A stretch of DNA of 64,000 bases from Spirochaetia bacterium. GTDB lineage: Bacteria > Spirochaetota > Spirochaetia > UBA9216. How positions within the stretch are numbered: position 1 is the first letter of the stretch; each line of letters opens with the position of its first letter. Position numbers and translations under genes: made by a program. The stretch lies in assembly GCA_963677925.2 (NCBI GenBank), contig CAXXYH010000003.1:1888001-1952000 (forward strand), in the 5' to 3' direction. Shown piece by piece: positions 18,744 through 28,304 of this stretch. A model generated the notes under the pieces. That model was not told the DNA's origin. It saw nothing but the letters and a program-made list of their open reading frames with translations, and ran no database searches.

Positions 18744-20186
18744 ATGCTCACTACAACATCCTTTCTGAATGAAGAGGAAAAGCTGCGTATTCATGCCGAC
18801 AGCCTTAAAATACTTAGCAGCGTAGGCATCAAATTTCTGTCGCCGAAGGCTCGTGAAATACTTAAACAACGAGGGGCAAAGTGTGTTGATGAGACAGTTT
18901 TCATCACCGAAGAAATGGTCAATGAAGCACTCAGCCTTGCTCCGAAAAGCTTCGTTCTGGGAGCAAGAAACATTGAAAAAAATTTCAATATGCCGGCATT
19001 AGGCCCCTCCGGAACAGTACTGGATAATTCAGGGGTATTCACTCTCGATTTCAATACCGGAGCAAGAAGAGAATGCCTTCTTGAGGATCTCTATAATTTC
19101 AACAAGGTTTATGAAGCTTCCAGGTGGGCAACAATTGTCTGGCCGGCAACTATACAGGAACCTGACAAACCTGAACACAGCAGGGAATTCCGGCAGGATA
19201 TTTATACGCTTATGTCAACATCACTGCATGTTCAAAGTGAGCTCTGGCACCCCGGGGAAGTAGCCCTTATGGCCGAAGCTCTTAACATGATAACCGGAAG
19301 TGAAGAGGAAACAATACGCAGAAAGCTCTATTCATTCACCTACTGCACAAACCCTCCGCTCGGACATGACAGGCAAATGTGTGAAACCTATCTTGAATCA
19401 CTCCCTCTGGGAATCCCGATATGTGTCTATCCAATGCCCGGAGCCGGCTCAACCGGACCTGCAAGCCTGTATTCAAATACAGCAGTTGCCAATGCAGAGG
19501 CATTGTCTGCCCTAGTGCTTTTTGAAATGGCAAGGCCGGGAACACCCTTTATCATGGGAAATGCTGTAGGAACAACCAATTTCAGAAACGGAAACTTTCT
19601 TGAGGGTGTCCCCGAAACCATACTGATGACTGCAGCCTGCGGAGAAATGGCAAGATTCTACGGATTACCGAATGAACAGGCAGGCTGCCTGACTGACGCA
19701 AAACAGCACGGGGCTCAGGCCATCCTTGAAAAAACACTCACGACTATCCCCCTGCTAAACAGCGGAGTCGATCTTCTTCAGGGGCCCGGCGCCATAGAAA
19801 CGAGCAACTGTATAACGCTTGAACAGATTGTTGTTGATGATGAAATTATAAATTATGCCCAGAGACTCCGGGCCGGGATAGATTCGTCCCCCGACAAAGA
19901 TTACTTCAGCGACATTAAGGAGGTAGGCCCTGGGGGACATTACCTGATGCAGGATTCTACGCTGGCCGCATGTCGAAGCAGTGAATTCCTCACACAGGAA
20001 TTGACTGACGGCGATGCCTACGAAGTATGGGAATCTGCAGGCCGGCAGGATATGTACAGCCGGGCAAGAAAACGCGTTGAAAAAATCCTGGCCGAACCTG
20101 AAAAATATCCGATGGATGAAAACATAAAGGCCGGCCTTGAAGATTTAATGCGGAGAGTCGACAGCATGCCGCCGCTGGGTGATTGA
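18744..20186 (+). CDS. Trimethylamine methyltransferase (MttB) superfamily protein, non-pyrrolysine (MtgB-like)
   Basis: IHADSLKILSSVGI, APKSFVLGARN, GSTGPASL...NAEAL, AGCLTDAK, LEQIVVDDE, VGPGGHYL; ATG after GGAGG. Confidence 0.92.
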   Translation: MLTTTSFLNEEEKLRIHADSLKILSSVGIKFLSPKAREILKQRGAKCVDETVFITEEMVNEALSLAPKSFVLGARNIEKNFNMPALGPSGTVLDNSGVFTLDFNTGARRECLLEDLYNFNKVYEASRWATIVWPATIQEPDKPEHSREFRQDIYTLMSTSLHVQSELWHPGEVALMAEALNMITGSEEETIRRKLYSFTYCTNPPLGHDRQMCETYLESLPLGIPICVYPMPGAGSTGPASLYSNTAVANAEALSALVLFEMARPGTPFIMGNAVGTTNFRNGNFLEGVPETILMTAACGEMARFYGLPNEQAGCLTDAKQHGAQAILEKTLTTIPLLNSGVDLLQGPGAIETSNCITLEQIVVDDEIINYAQRLRAGIDSSPDKDYFSDIKEVGPGGHYLMQDSTLAACRSSEFLTQELTDGDAYEVWESAGRQDMYSRARKRVEKILAEPEKYPMDENIKAGLEDLMRRVDSMPPLGD

Positions 20187-20196
20187 GCCGAATCTG

Positions 20197-20631
20197 TCAG
20201 TTCCGGTCAATACCGAGTTCTGCACTGAGGGCCTTTACAGCTTTACACTGCGGAAGCATGTAGCCTGCTTCACGCGCGCAGTCTTCAGCAGTAATCCTCA
20301 GTGATTTCTTCAATGCAGAAAGCAGCCGTCCGGCACCGGGGTCACCGGTATTCTGAAGCAGGCCGGAAACAGCGGCTTCAAGAGCCGCCTTCGTTTCAAG
20401 CATGTCAATCATCATAGCTGCAAGTTCCGGGTCCTTCTCCAGAGGCTCCGGATAGTTCTCAAAAACAAGAGATATTGCATGCGAAGGACAGGCATCAACA
20501 CAGCGTCTGCAGCCGTCAAGACAGCGTGATTTATCTATCTGACCGTTTTCTGTATCGGTTGCTCCTGTGGGACATACAAAAAGGCAGAGGCAATCCTTTG
20601 TACATAATCTGATATTTCTTGAAGCGTACAT
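20197..20631 (-). CDS. 4Fe-4S dicluster protein with helical C-terminus
   Basis: CTKDCLCLFVCP and CLDGCRRCVDACP. Confidence 0.85.
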   Translation of the reverse strand: MYASRNIRLCTKDCLCLFVCPTGATDTENGQIDKSRCLDGCRRCVDACPSHAISLVFENYPEPLEKDPELAAMMIDMLETKAALEAAVSGLLQNTGDPGAGRLLSALKKSLRITAEDCAREAGYMLPQCKAVKALSAELGIDRN

Positions 20632-20634
20632 ATT

Positions 20635-21084
20635 TTACTCCTTTACCACTGAAAAACGGGATGACGGAGCTTTGCATACAGGGCATATTTCGGGAACATC
20701 CGCTCCGAGAAAAATAAATCCGCAGGCCTCACAGACATACAGGGTTTTACCTTCAAGCAGGGCCTCACCCTTTGACAGATAGCGGTCGATGAGACTTTTT
20801 TCTATGGTTGTGACCTTCTCTCCCCAGACAAGCGAACGAAGGATTCCGCGGTCAGCCCTGGCCTCAGCCGCCTCCTTACAGGCCGGATACTCCTCAGCCA
20901 GGCTTCTGCTTAATGCATCCTTCACTTCGGCCAAATTCATATCAGCTGCTGCGCTTTCATACTGTTCCGAGAGACGGCTGTACTTTTCAGACAGCCCGGA
21001 AAGCTGCTGTTTCTCAGCGGCTTTTGAAAGATTACTGAAAAGAACAGACAAACCGTTTTCAGACATTCTTGTTTCTGCCATCAC
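20635..21084 (-). CDS. Rubredoxin-like-domain protein (rubrerythrin-like architecture)
   Basis: C-terminal YVCEACGFI...ICPVCKAP; helical N-terminus. Confidence 0.85.
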   Translation of the reverse strand: MMAETRMSENGLSVLFSNLSKAAEKQQLSGLSEKYSRLSEQYESAAADMNLAEVKDALSRSLAEEYPACKEAAEARADRGILRSLVWGEKVTTIEKSLIDRYLSKGEALLEGKTLYVCEACGFIFLGADVPEICPVCKAPSSRFSVVKE

Positions 21085-21108
21085 TTTCTCCTATAAAGAT
21101 TTTATATA

Positions 21109-22752
21109 TCACCTGATATCCGGAAGCCTAAGCTCTGCGGAAACACCGTCATGACCCGATATTTTAATCCTGCCGTCCAATTCCTGTGTAAGCATATCAA
21201 TGATCTGAAGTCCGGTCCCCTTATCCTTATCAGAAAATCCAGGTTTAAAACCGCAACCAAAATCTCTTACAATAACGAAGAGTCCCTGATTATTTAATTT
21301 GAGATTTACATCAATTCTAATCGGCTCCCCCTCCGGATATGCATACTTCAATGCATTCGTAAGCAGTTCGTTAAGAATAAGCCCGATGTTCATGGCAGTC
21401 TTTATGCTTATTACAGTTTTATTCATATCTGATTCAAATCTCACTATATCAATATTCCGGGTAAAGGATATTTTAAACTGTTCTACAATATTCTGAATAA
21501 ACGGAGTAAGCTCCACATGATTAAGCCCGGTAGAACTGTTGAAACTCTGATAGATACTGCTTATTGCTTCTATACGGTCAATAGTTTCTTCGAAGATTCC
21601 AAGCATTTTCTTTTCTTCAATTGTTGAAACGTTAAAATTTGCCATCTCCAATGACAGCAGCCCGGAAATAATTGTCAGTGTATTTTTCATGCGGTGCTGA
21701 AGATCCCTAAGGAAGAGCTCCTTCTCCCTGTTTGCCTGAATCAGTTCCTGCTCAGCCTTATCCCTTTCAGAGATATACCTTGCCTGCTTGAGATTCTGAA
21801 ATGCAATAAGGGATAAATCATTTGCAATTGAAAACAGGAATTCAGCAATTCCGCGAAATCTTTCTTCGTCCATAAAAGGAACGTCTTTGAAGCTCTCACT
21901 GAATACCTGTCTTGATACACCAATCTCATCAGCATATCCTATAACTTCTGCTTCATTAATTTTCTCGTTGCGCACCTGGCCGATAAGCCAGTTTGCAATA
22001 TGCCGGCCGCCGACACTTATACTGGCACCGGCATCCCAGAGGCCGCAGCTGAAACATTCATGGATTATCGGTCCATCGGGATTAAATTTACCGATACCGG
22101 CATCTGATTTAAAACAGTTCGCCCTGCCTTTCTCGGTTTTCCTAACAATATCATTACAAAGTCTTGTAAACCTGCTTGGGCGGGTTATAGGGATACCATC
22201 CGGATTAGTAATTAACGAGGCAACACCGGTTGCTGCAGCAAACTGGTCCTGAAGGATTTGTATTTCCTCGAGATCAAAGAGATCCGAAAAAGACAGTTCA
22301 GCTTTATCGTCAGAAAAATCAGATTTTAAAGAAAGAAGTTTCAATTCACTTTTAACTTGAGCCTTTCCGGAATCATGAAGCCGCAGCGCATTATTTATTA
22401 TAGCTGAAATGATGTACGGATCTGAATCATCAGGGATAATACCTGAGTACACTACAGAAAACCGCTCAAGAGCGTCCTTCACGGACGTATCCGGAACTGC
22501 TATTACCGGCCTATTGCTGAGCAGCAGCATATCTGAAATTTTTTGATAATCAGTATTTTCCGGAATACCCGTGAGTTCTATTATTATCAAATCAAGTTCA
22601 ATGTACATCAACGCCTGCAGGGCTTGTGGGAAAAAGCGCTCTCGAACTATTTCAAATCCAAGGGTTTTAAGAGGCTCGGTCAAAAAAGATTTTTCCCGGC
22701 TGCTGATCAGCAGAACAGTCTTAACTGTTCCATCGGCATATTTATTATTCAC
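21109..22752 (-). CDS. PocR-domain sensor histidine kinase (HisKA_2) with degenerate N-terminal receiver
   Basis: LQDQFAAATGVAS...FTRLC...CFKSDA...CGLWDAGASI (PocR); LQHRMKNTL; NELLTNALKYAY; RDFGCG. Confidence 0.88.
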   Translation of the reverse strand: MNNKYADGTVKTVLLISSREKSFLTEPLKTLGFEIVRERFFPQALQALMYIELDLIIIELTGIPENTDYQKISDMLLLSNRPVIAVPDTSVKDALERFSVVYSGIIPDDSDPYIISAIINNALRLHDSGKAQVKSELKLLSLKSDFSDDKAELSFSDLFDLEEIQILQDQFAAATGVASLITNPDGIPITRPSRFTRLCNDIVRKTEKGRANCFKSDAGIGKFNPDGPIIHECFSCGLWDAGASISVGGRHIANWLIGQVRNEKINEAEVIGYADEIGVSRQVFSESFKDVPFMDEERFRGIAEFLFSIANDLSLIAFQNLKQARYISERDKAEQELIQANREKELFLRDLQHRMKNTLTIISGLLSLEMANFNVSTIEEKKMLGIFEETIDRIEAISSIYQSFNSSTGLNHVELTPFIQNIVEQFKISFTRNIDIVRFESDMNKTVISIKTAMNIGLILNELLTNALKYAYPEGEPIRIDVNLKLNNQGLFVIVRDFGCGFKPGFSDKDKGTGLQIIDMLTQELDGRIKISGHDGVSAELRLPDIR

Positions 22753-22801
22753 AAAATTAATTATATCCGAGGTAACCTAATAACACAATTTTAAATTATG
22801 T

Positions 22802-23119
22802 TCAGGAACCGGGCTTGATAATCTTTATTACTTTCGTTATTGCAAGAGAATCAAGGAAATCATACAATTCGGGACTGATCGCAGAAATCTCAAGGCTTCC
22901 GCCAGACTGTCCTAGTTTCTTGTTCAGAAACAGCAGTTTCCCGATCCCCGAACTGTCAATAAATTTTGTCCGGCGCAAATCTATTTTCAAGTGTTTTTGT
23001 CCGGAATCCAGAAGTTCAACCATGCTTTTTTTGAAAACCATAGCCTCATCTTTAATCAGGGCATCTGTATTAATAACAACAATAGTTGAACTGCCTTCCT
23101 GTTTTACATCGATATTCAT
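22802..23119 (-). CDS. STAS anti-sigma-factor antagonist (HsbA/RsbV-like)
   Basis: IDLRRTKFIDSSGIGKL with the conserved phosphorylatable Ser. Confidence 0.9.
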   Translation of the reverse strand: MNIDVKQEGSSTIVVINTDALIKDEAMVFKKSMVELLDSGQKHLKIDLRRTKFIDSSGIGKLLFLNKKLGQSGGSLEISAISPELYDFLDSLAITKVIKIIKPGS

Positions 23120-23133
23120 GTCTCCTCCTGTGA

Positions 23134-24198
23134 TTACATCTTGTCAAGAGCTCTGCATATCTCCGGAGCAATCTTCCCGAGAGGCAGAACTATATCAGCA
23201 GCGCCGTATTCTACAGCCTTTCCAGGCATACCCCAGACAACACTGCTGGCTTCATCCTGAACGATATTATAGCTGCCGGCATCTTTCATTTTTTTCATGG
23301 CCATTGCACCGTCATCACCCATTCCAGTCAGCATTACTCCGACGGCGTTTCGTCCTGCATAATTGGCAGCCGAATTAAACAGCATTGAGACTGAGGGTTT
23401 GTGATAATTCACCCGGGGTCCATCTCTAAGCTTGATGAGATACTTTGCACCCGAACTCATTATGGAACAGTGAGTATCACCGGGAGCGATATATACAAAG
23501 CCGGGTTTTATCTGCTCACCGGACTCTCCAAGTTTAACAGTAAAATGCAGAAGCGAGTTAAGTCTGTTGGCAAAGGCTGATGTAAACTGAACAGGCATGT
23601 GCTGAACAATAACAATGCCCGGAACATCAACCGGCAGATCTGAAAGTATATCCTGAATGGCAGTGGTTCCTCCGGTCGATGAACCAATCACTATAATTTT
23701 ATCTGTAGTTCTTGCGGTTCCGGTAAAATAAGATTCAGTGTGTACAAGTTTTTCGGGGACAGCTGCTGCACCGTATTTTTTAAACCGGCTTATAAGCTTA
23801 TCCTTAACTGAGCCGGAGGCCGCATGCTGAATAGTTTCTACAAGTTTTTGCTCCAGTTCAGGGAGCTGAAGAATATCCTCAGGTTTTGTTAAGACTTCAA
23901 AAGCACCCAGTTCAAAAGCCTGAAGAGTAACATCAGCATTTTTGGTAGCAAGCGAAGAAAGGATGATAACAGGCAGCGGTTGAGCACCCATCAGTCTCCT
24001 GAGAAAGGTCAGGCCGTCCATACGCGGCATTTCAATATCCAGAACAATTACATCAACTTCAATTGTCTTAAGTTTTTCTATCGCAAATACAGGATCGAAG
24101 GCTGCAGCAGCTATCTTCATGCCGTCTGTCTTGTCAACAATTTCGGTAATAACCTTTCTAACCAATGCCGAGTCATCAACAATGAGAACATTTATCAT
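23134..24198 (-). CDS. cheB: Chemotaxis response regulator methylesterase
   Basis: REC (LDIEMPRMDG) plus IGSSTGG, VQHMP, LTGMGDDGA. Confidence 0.97.
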   Translation of the reverse strand: MINVLIVDDSALVRKVITEIVDKTDGMKIAAAAFDPVFAIEKLKTIEVDVIVLDIEMPRMDGLTFLRRLMGAQPLPVIILSSLATKNADVTLQAFELGAFEVLTKPEDILQLPELEQKLVETIQHAASGSVKDKLISRFKKYGAAAVPEKLVHTESYFTGTARTTDKIIVIGSSTGGTTAIQDILSDLPVDVPGIVIVQHMPVQFTSAFANRLNSLLHFTVKLGESGEQIKPGFVYIAPGDTHCSIMSSGAKYLIKLRDGPRVNYHKPSVSMLFNSAANYAGRNAVGVMLTGMGDDGAMAMKKMKDAGSYNIVQDEASSVVWGMPGKAVEYGAADIVLPLGKIAPEICRALDKM

Positions 24199-25013
24199 CA
24201 GTCCTTCCTCCTGTAAACCGTTTTACCGACATTTATGAATTGATCAGAAATACCGGAGAGCGATTCACTGTGACCGAGGAAAAGATACCCTCCGGGCTTC
24301 AGATAATCATGAAGTCTGGCAATAAGTTCAATCTTTGTCGGCTTGTCAAAATATATCACTACATTCCTCAGAAAGATAACATCCATAAGCGGTATTTGAA
24401 ATTTTTCGTCATTGAGGTTCAGCCTGAAAAATTTCACCCTGCGTGTCAGCTCATTCTTAATTTTTACCATTCCCGCTTTTGCTCCGCCGCCTTTAAGAAA
24501 ATAACGCTTTAAAAGCTCCGGTTCAACTTTCTCGATATCCTTACTGTTGTAAATTCCGCCGGCGGCGGTTCGAAGAACATCGCTTGATATATCGGAGGCA
24601 TATAGCCGAAACTGAATCCTTTTCTGTTTAACCCGTTCAAATTCAAGAAGAGTCATAAGAATGGAATAAATTTCCTGCCCGGTGGAAGCGGCGGCGGACC
24701 ATATTTTGAGTTCGCTGCCGCTGAATGTGTTCAGTATGTTATCAGCCAGAAAGTCGAAATGATATGGTTCCCTGAAAAAAAGTGAATAGTTGGTCGACAT
24801 GGCATCAACCATTTTCATGAACTCAGTCCTGTCCGCATCTTCATTTTTAAGAAAATCAACATACTCAGGAAAACCAGTTAACCCTATCGCGCGGATACGT
24901 CGGGAAAGCCTTGAAATTACAAGTGATCTTTTTTTTTCAGTCAGATTGATTTTAGCAAAATCATAAAGTGCGTCTGCTATATATCTGAATTCCCGATCCG
25001 CAAGTTCGAACAT
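24198..25013 (-). CDS. cheR: Chemotaxis methyltransferase
   Basis: TNYSLFFRE, IWSAAASTGQE, IFLRNVVIYFD, LGHSESL. Confidence 0.96.
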   Translation of the reverse strand: MFELADREFRYIADALYDFAKINLTEKKRSLVISRLSRRIRAIGLTGFPEYVDFLKNEDADRTEFMKMVDAMSTNYSLFFREPYHFDFLADNILNTFSGSELKIWSAAASTGQEIYSILMTLLEFERVKQKRIQFRLYASDISSDVLRTAAGGIYNSKDIEKVEPELLKRYFLKGGGAKAGMVKIKNELTRRVKFFRLNLNDEKFQIPLMDVIFLRNVVIYFDKPTKIELIARLHDYLKPGGYLFLGHSESLSGISDQFINVGKTVYRRKD

Positions 25014-25021
25014 TTAAAATC

Positions 25022-25630
25022 CTAAAATAAAGTGATATCCGTTTTTTTAACACGAAGTGTCTCAAGCTGCTCAAGATAACGACGCTCTTCCGCAACAGCC
25101 GGTTCAATCTCAACACGCTTTACAAAAATACTGTTCTTCCCTGTCAGAAAGAATATCTTCCTTCCGTAATAATCACCGACATCTTCCTTAACAATCGGAA
25201 TGCCTTCGGTATGAAGAAAGGCTTTTGTAAAACCGATATTCCGGTCGCCGACACTGGTAAGTGTTGCAGAAGATTTTAAAACCTTCCCCCCTCCGAAAAT
25301 CTTTGCCTTCAGGCGGCTTCGTGAAGCCCCGGCTTTCATCATTTCGGCAATGAGAACTTCCATTGAGGTTATTCCGTAACGCATTGATTTCTGAGTAAGT
25401 TCATCATTCTGCAGAGTTGCTCCGTCAAGATGAAGTTTTTTTTCACCTCTTTCATCCGGTAGCATAAAATGGTTCATTCCGCCTACACCGGTAATTTCAT
25501 CATACAGACATACAGCGATACAGGAACCCAGAACTGTAGAGATAATTTCTCCGCCGGAACTTACAAAGTATTCGCCGGCAAATATTGTCAGCACCTGACT
25601 CTTTAGTTTTGAATCAAATTTTCTATACAC
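25022..25630 (-). CDS. cheD: Chemoreceptor glutamine deamidase
   Basis: STVLGSCIAVC, GGMNHFMLP, AKIFGGG. Confidence 0.96.
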   Translation of the reverse strand: MYRKFDSKLKSQVLTIFAGEYFVSSGGEIISTVLGSCIAVCLYDEITGVGGMNHFMLPDERGEKKLHLDGATLQNDELTQKSMRYGITSMEVLIAEMMKAGASRSRLKAKIFGGGKVLKSSATLTSVGDRNIGFTKAFLHTEGIPIVKEDVGDYYGRKIFFLTGKNSIFVKRVEIEPAVAEERRYLEQLETLRVKKTDITLF

Positions 25631-25634
25631 TTCT

Positions 25635-27647
25635 TTATACTCTTTTGGAAAAAATTCCCTGTATATCCAGAATCAAAGCGACATCACCATTTCCAAGAAT
25701 TGTAGCACTCGAAATATTATCAACCCTGCGGAAATTTTTCTGTAATGATTTAAGAACTATTTGAAACTGCTCAAGAACATTATCAACAAGCATTGCTACC
25801 TTCATTCCGTTATTATTAATTACTATAAGTTCAGCAACCAGCGGATTTTGCTCTGCTTTTTCAATATTCAGAATTTCATGAAGCCGAATCACAGGAATTT
25901 GATCACCCCTGAAAAAAACAACTTCGCCTCGTCCAGCTATAGTCTTCAGCTGCCATTCTTCAGGTCTGAATATTTCAAGAATTGAAAGTGTCGGAATTAT
26001 ATATTTTTCCATGCCTATTGAAACGAGCATACCATCCATTATTGCAAGAGTAAGAGGAAGAAATAATCTGAAAACAGTTCCCTGCCCTTCCTGTGATTCA
26101 ATATCGATTGAACCGTTAAGCTCGGTGATTGCATTCTTAACAACATCCATACCTACACCGCGGCCCGAGAGATCCGTTACATTCTCCGCGGTGGAAAGAC
26201 CGGGATGAAAAATCAGGTTTAAAACCTCACCGTCAGAAAGTTGTGCGTTAGGCTGAATCAATTCCCGTTCAACAGCCTTTGCAATAATTTTTTCCCGGTC
26301 GATACCCTTTCCGTCATCTGCAATCTCTATAACAACCTTTCCGCTTTCAATATATGCAGCCAGCTTCAGCATCCCTTCAGGCTGTTTACCGGCTTTTAGT
26401 CTCTCTTCTTCAGTTTCTATCCCGTGATCGATGCAGTTCCGCACAATATGCTTAAGCGGATCATTGAGTTTCTCGATCATATTCTTATCGAGTTCCGTAT
26501 CCTGTCCGGAAATCTCAAGATTCACTTTTTTCCCGAGGTCATTGGCAATATCACGGACAACTCTCTTAAAACGGTCGAAGGTCCCGCTTAGACTAATCAT
26601 CCTAAGCGTAGTAACCTGTTCCTGCAGGAGCTGGGTGATATTTTTAAGTGTATCAGTAACTGCTATAAAATTATCAGGAAGACTTTCCTCATATTCTTCA
26701 GAGAGCATGCTTATCCTGGCCTGGGACACTATAAGTTCACTTACGGTATTGAAAATGTTTTCAAGCTTTTCCGTAGGAACACGGATATAGGAGCCGGAAT
26801 TAATATCTGAAGCTCTTCTGTAAACCTGCTTTTCCGGTTCAGGACCTGAGTCTGAAACAGAGGCTCCGCGAGGCGAATCCATAAATTCTTCAGCACTTTT
26901 ATTTTTTACAGTATAAGTCTGATATTCTTCAGTTCCAAGTTTTTCTGCGAGGATCTCTGAAACCTGAATGCTGCTCTCATCTATGACGAAGCAGAAAACA
27001 TCTTCAATCGCTTTTATATCCAGAGATGTTTTATAGAAAAGCCGCCATGACAGATAAAGATTCTCAGGGTTAAAATCTTTATTAGATGAAAGCTCGTGTG
27101 TATCAAGTTCAAGTTCCAGAATTTCTCCAACTGCATCAAGATCATTTATAAACATAAGAGGATCTATACCGCTCTTAAAAATCTCAGGATAATATTCCAG
27201 TTTTAAAAAATAAATATGGCCTGCAGCAGCATCCGTCGCCGCCTGCCCGGAAGGCTTCTGAGGCTCAGTTTCCAATAAATTGAGAATCTTTCCGAGAACA
27301 GCTGAACTATCCAGGCCTTCATCTGCTTCAGCCTCAATCTTTATATTACTGATCATCGCTTTAAGAACGTCCATTGTTTCAAGCAGAACAGTAACTATAT
27401 CTTTGGTTATACGGAGGCTTCCGCTTCTGATACTTTCAAAAAGGTCTTCAGCTTTATGAGAAAAATCCTTTATTTTATTGAATCCGGCAAGACCTGCACC
27501 GCCTTTTAGTGAATGCATCGCTCTGAAAGCTTCATTAATTACTTCACTGTCATCAGGACTTTTCTCCAGAGTGATGATCCGTGCTTCAAGAATTTCAATA
27601 TTTTCTTCGGCTTCTTCAATAAAAATCGATACTAAAGGATTATCCAT
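25635..27647 (-). CDS. cheA: Chemotaxis histidine kinase
   Basis: Hpt FRAMHSLKG; PLKHIVRNCIDHG; SGRGVGMDVV; LPLTLAI; C-terminal CheW-like P5. Confidence 0.97.
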   Translation of the reverse strand: MDNPLVSIFIEEAEENIEILEARIITLEKSPDDSEVINEAFRAMHSLKGGAGLAGFNKIKDFSHKAEDLFESIRSGSLRITKDIVTVLLETMDVLKAMISNIKIEAEADEGLDSSAVLGKILNLLETEPQKPSGQAATDAAAGHIYFLKLEYYPEIFKSGIDPLMFINDLDAVGEILELELDTHELSSNKDFNPENLYLSWRLFYKTSLDIKAIEDVFCFVIDESSIQVSEILAEKLGTEEYQTYTVKNKSAEEFMDSPRGASVSDSGPEPEKQVYRRASDINSGSYIRVPTEKLENIFNTVSELIVSQARISMLSEEYEESLPDNFIAVTDTLKNITQLLQEQVTTLRMISLSGTFDRFKRVVRDIANDLGKKVNLEISGQDTELDKNMIEKLNDPLKHIVRNCIDHGIETEEERLKAGKQPEGMLKLAAYIESGKVVIEIADDGKGIDREKIIAKAVERELIQPNAQLSDGEVLNLIFHPGLSTAENVTDLSGRGVGMDVVKNAITELNGSIDIESQEGQGTVFRLFLPLTLAIMDGMLVSIGMEKYIIPTLSILEIFRPEEWQLKTIAGRGEVVFFRGDQIPVIRLHEILNIEKAEQNPLVAELIVINNNGMKVAMLVDNVLEQFQIVLKSLQKNFRRVDNISSATILGNGDVALILDIQGIFSKRV

Positions 27648-27652
27648 AATAT

Positions 27653-28024
27653 TTACGCCCCGGCAAAACGTTTAATTACATCAGAGAGCTGAGCAGGTTC
27701 AAAAGGCTTTACAATCCATCCGCTGGCTCCCGCATTCTTCCCCTCCATTTTTTTTGACTCCTGAGATTCGGTGGTTAAAAACAGAATAGGAGTAAACTTA
27801 TACTTGTCAATTTCGCGTACTTTTTTAATTAATGTAATTCCATCCATGTTCGGCATATTTACATCAAACAGAAAAATATTAATGGGCTCGGCAAAGCCGT
27901 CAAGTAATTCAAGCGCTTTTACACCATCCTCAGCCAAAACTATTTTATAGCCGGCCTTTTCAAGAGTGTATTTAATCGAGGCCCTGGCGGTGGGCGAATC
28001 ATCTACAGCAAAAACAGTTTTCAT
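27653..28024 (-). CDS. cheY: Single-domain response regulator
   Basis: VDDS, FDVNMPNMDG, LTTES, GWIVKPF; adjacent to cheA. Confidence 0.92.
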   Translation of the reverse strand: MKTVFAVDDSPTARASIKYTLEKAGYKIVLAEDGVKALELLDGFAEPINIFLFDVNMPNMDGITLIKKVREIDKYKFTPILFLTTESQESKKMEGKNAGASGWIVKPFEPAQLSDVIKRFAGA

Positions 28025-28051
28025 TTTATTCCTCCTCTATACTCTTCTGCT

Positions 28052-28294
28052 TCAATTTAATTCAGCTGCATACTTCAGCAGTCTATTTATAATATCAGAA
28101 GAAATCCCTTCAATACTTATTCCCGATTTATTCTCTTTAATACGCAGCTGTAATTTCATAATCAGCTGCAGTCCAGCCCCGTCAAAATCTTTCATTTTAC
28201 TGAAATCAATCAGACCTTCCGATAATCCGGACAATTCATTCCAGACAGCAGCAACATTGTATATTCTCAATTCTTCCGGAATTTCTACTTTCAT
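28052..28294 (-). CDS. Small STAS_2-domain protein
   Basis: ELRIYNV...IDFSKMKDFDGAGLQLI. Confidence 0.8.
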   Translation of the reverse strand: MKVEIPEELRIYNVAAVWNELSGLSEGLIDFSKMKDFDGAGLQLIMKLQLRIKENKSGISIEGISSDIINRLLKYAAELN

Positions 28295-28304
28295 AAAACA
28301 TCTC

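Noticed and set aside
18744-20186. Possible pyrrolysine recoding in the MttB homolog
   Set aside because: ORF is uninterrupted, the equivalent codon is CTG, and no pyl genes are in the window
22815-23378. 187-aa plus-strand ORF, and the 178-aa ORF at 27966-28502
   Set aside because: Lie antisense to well-supported STAS/che genes; no recognisable domain
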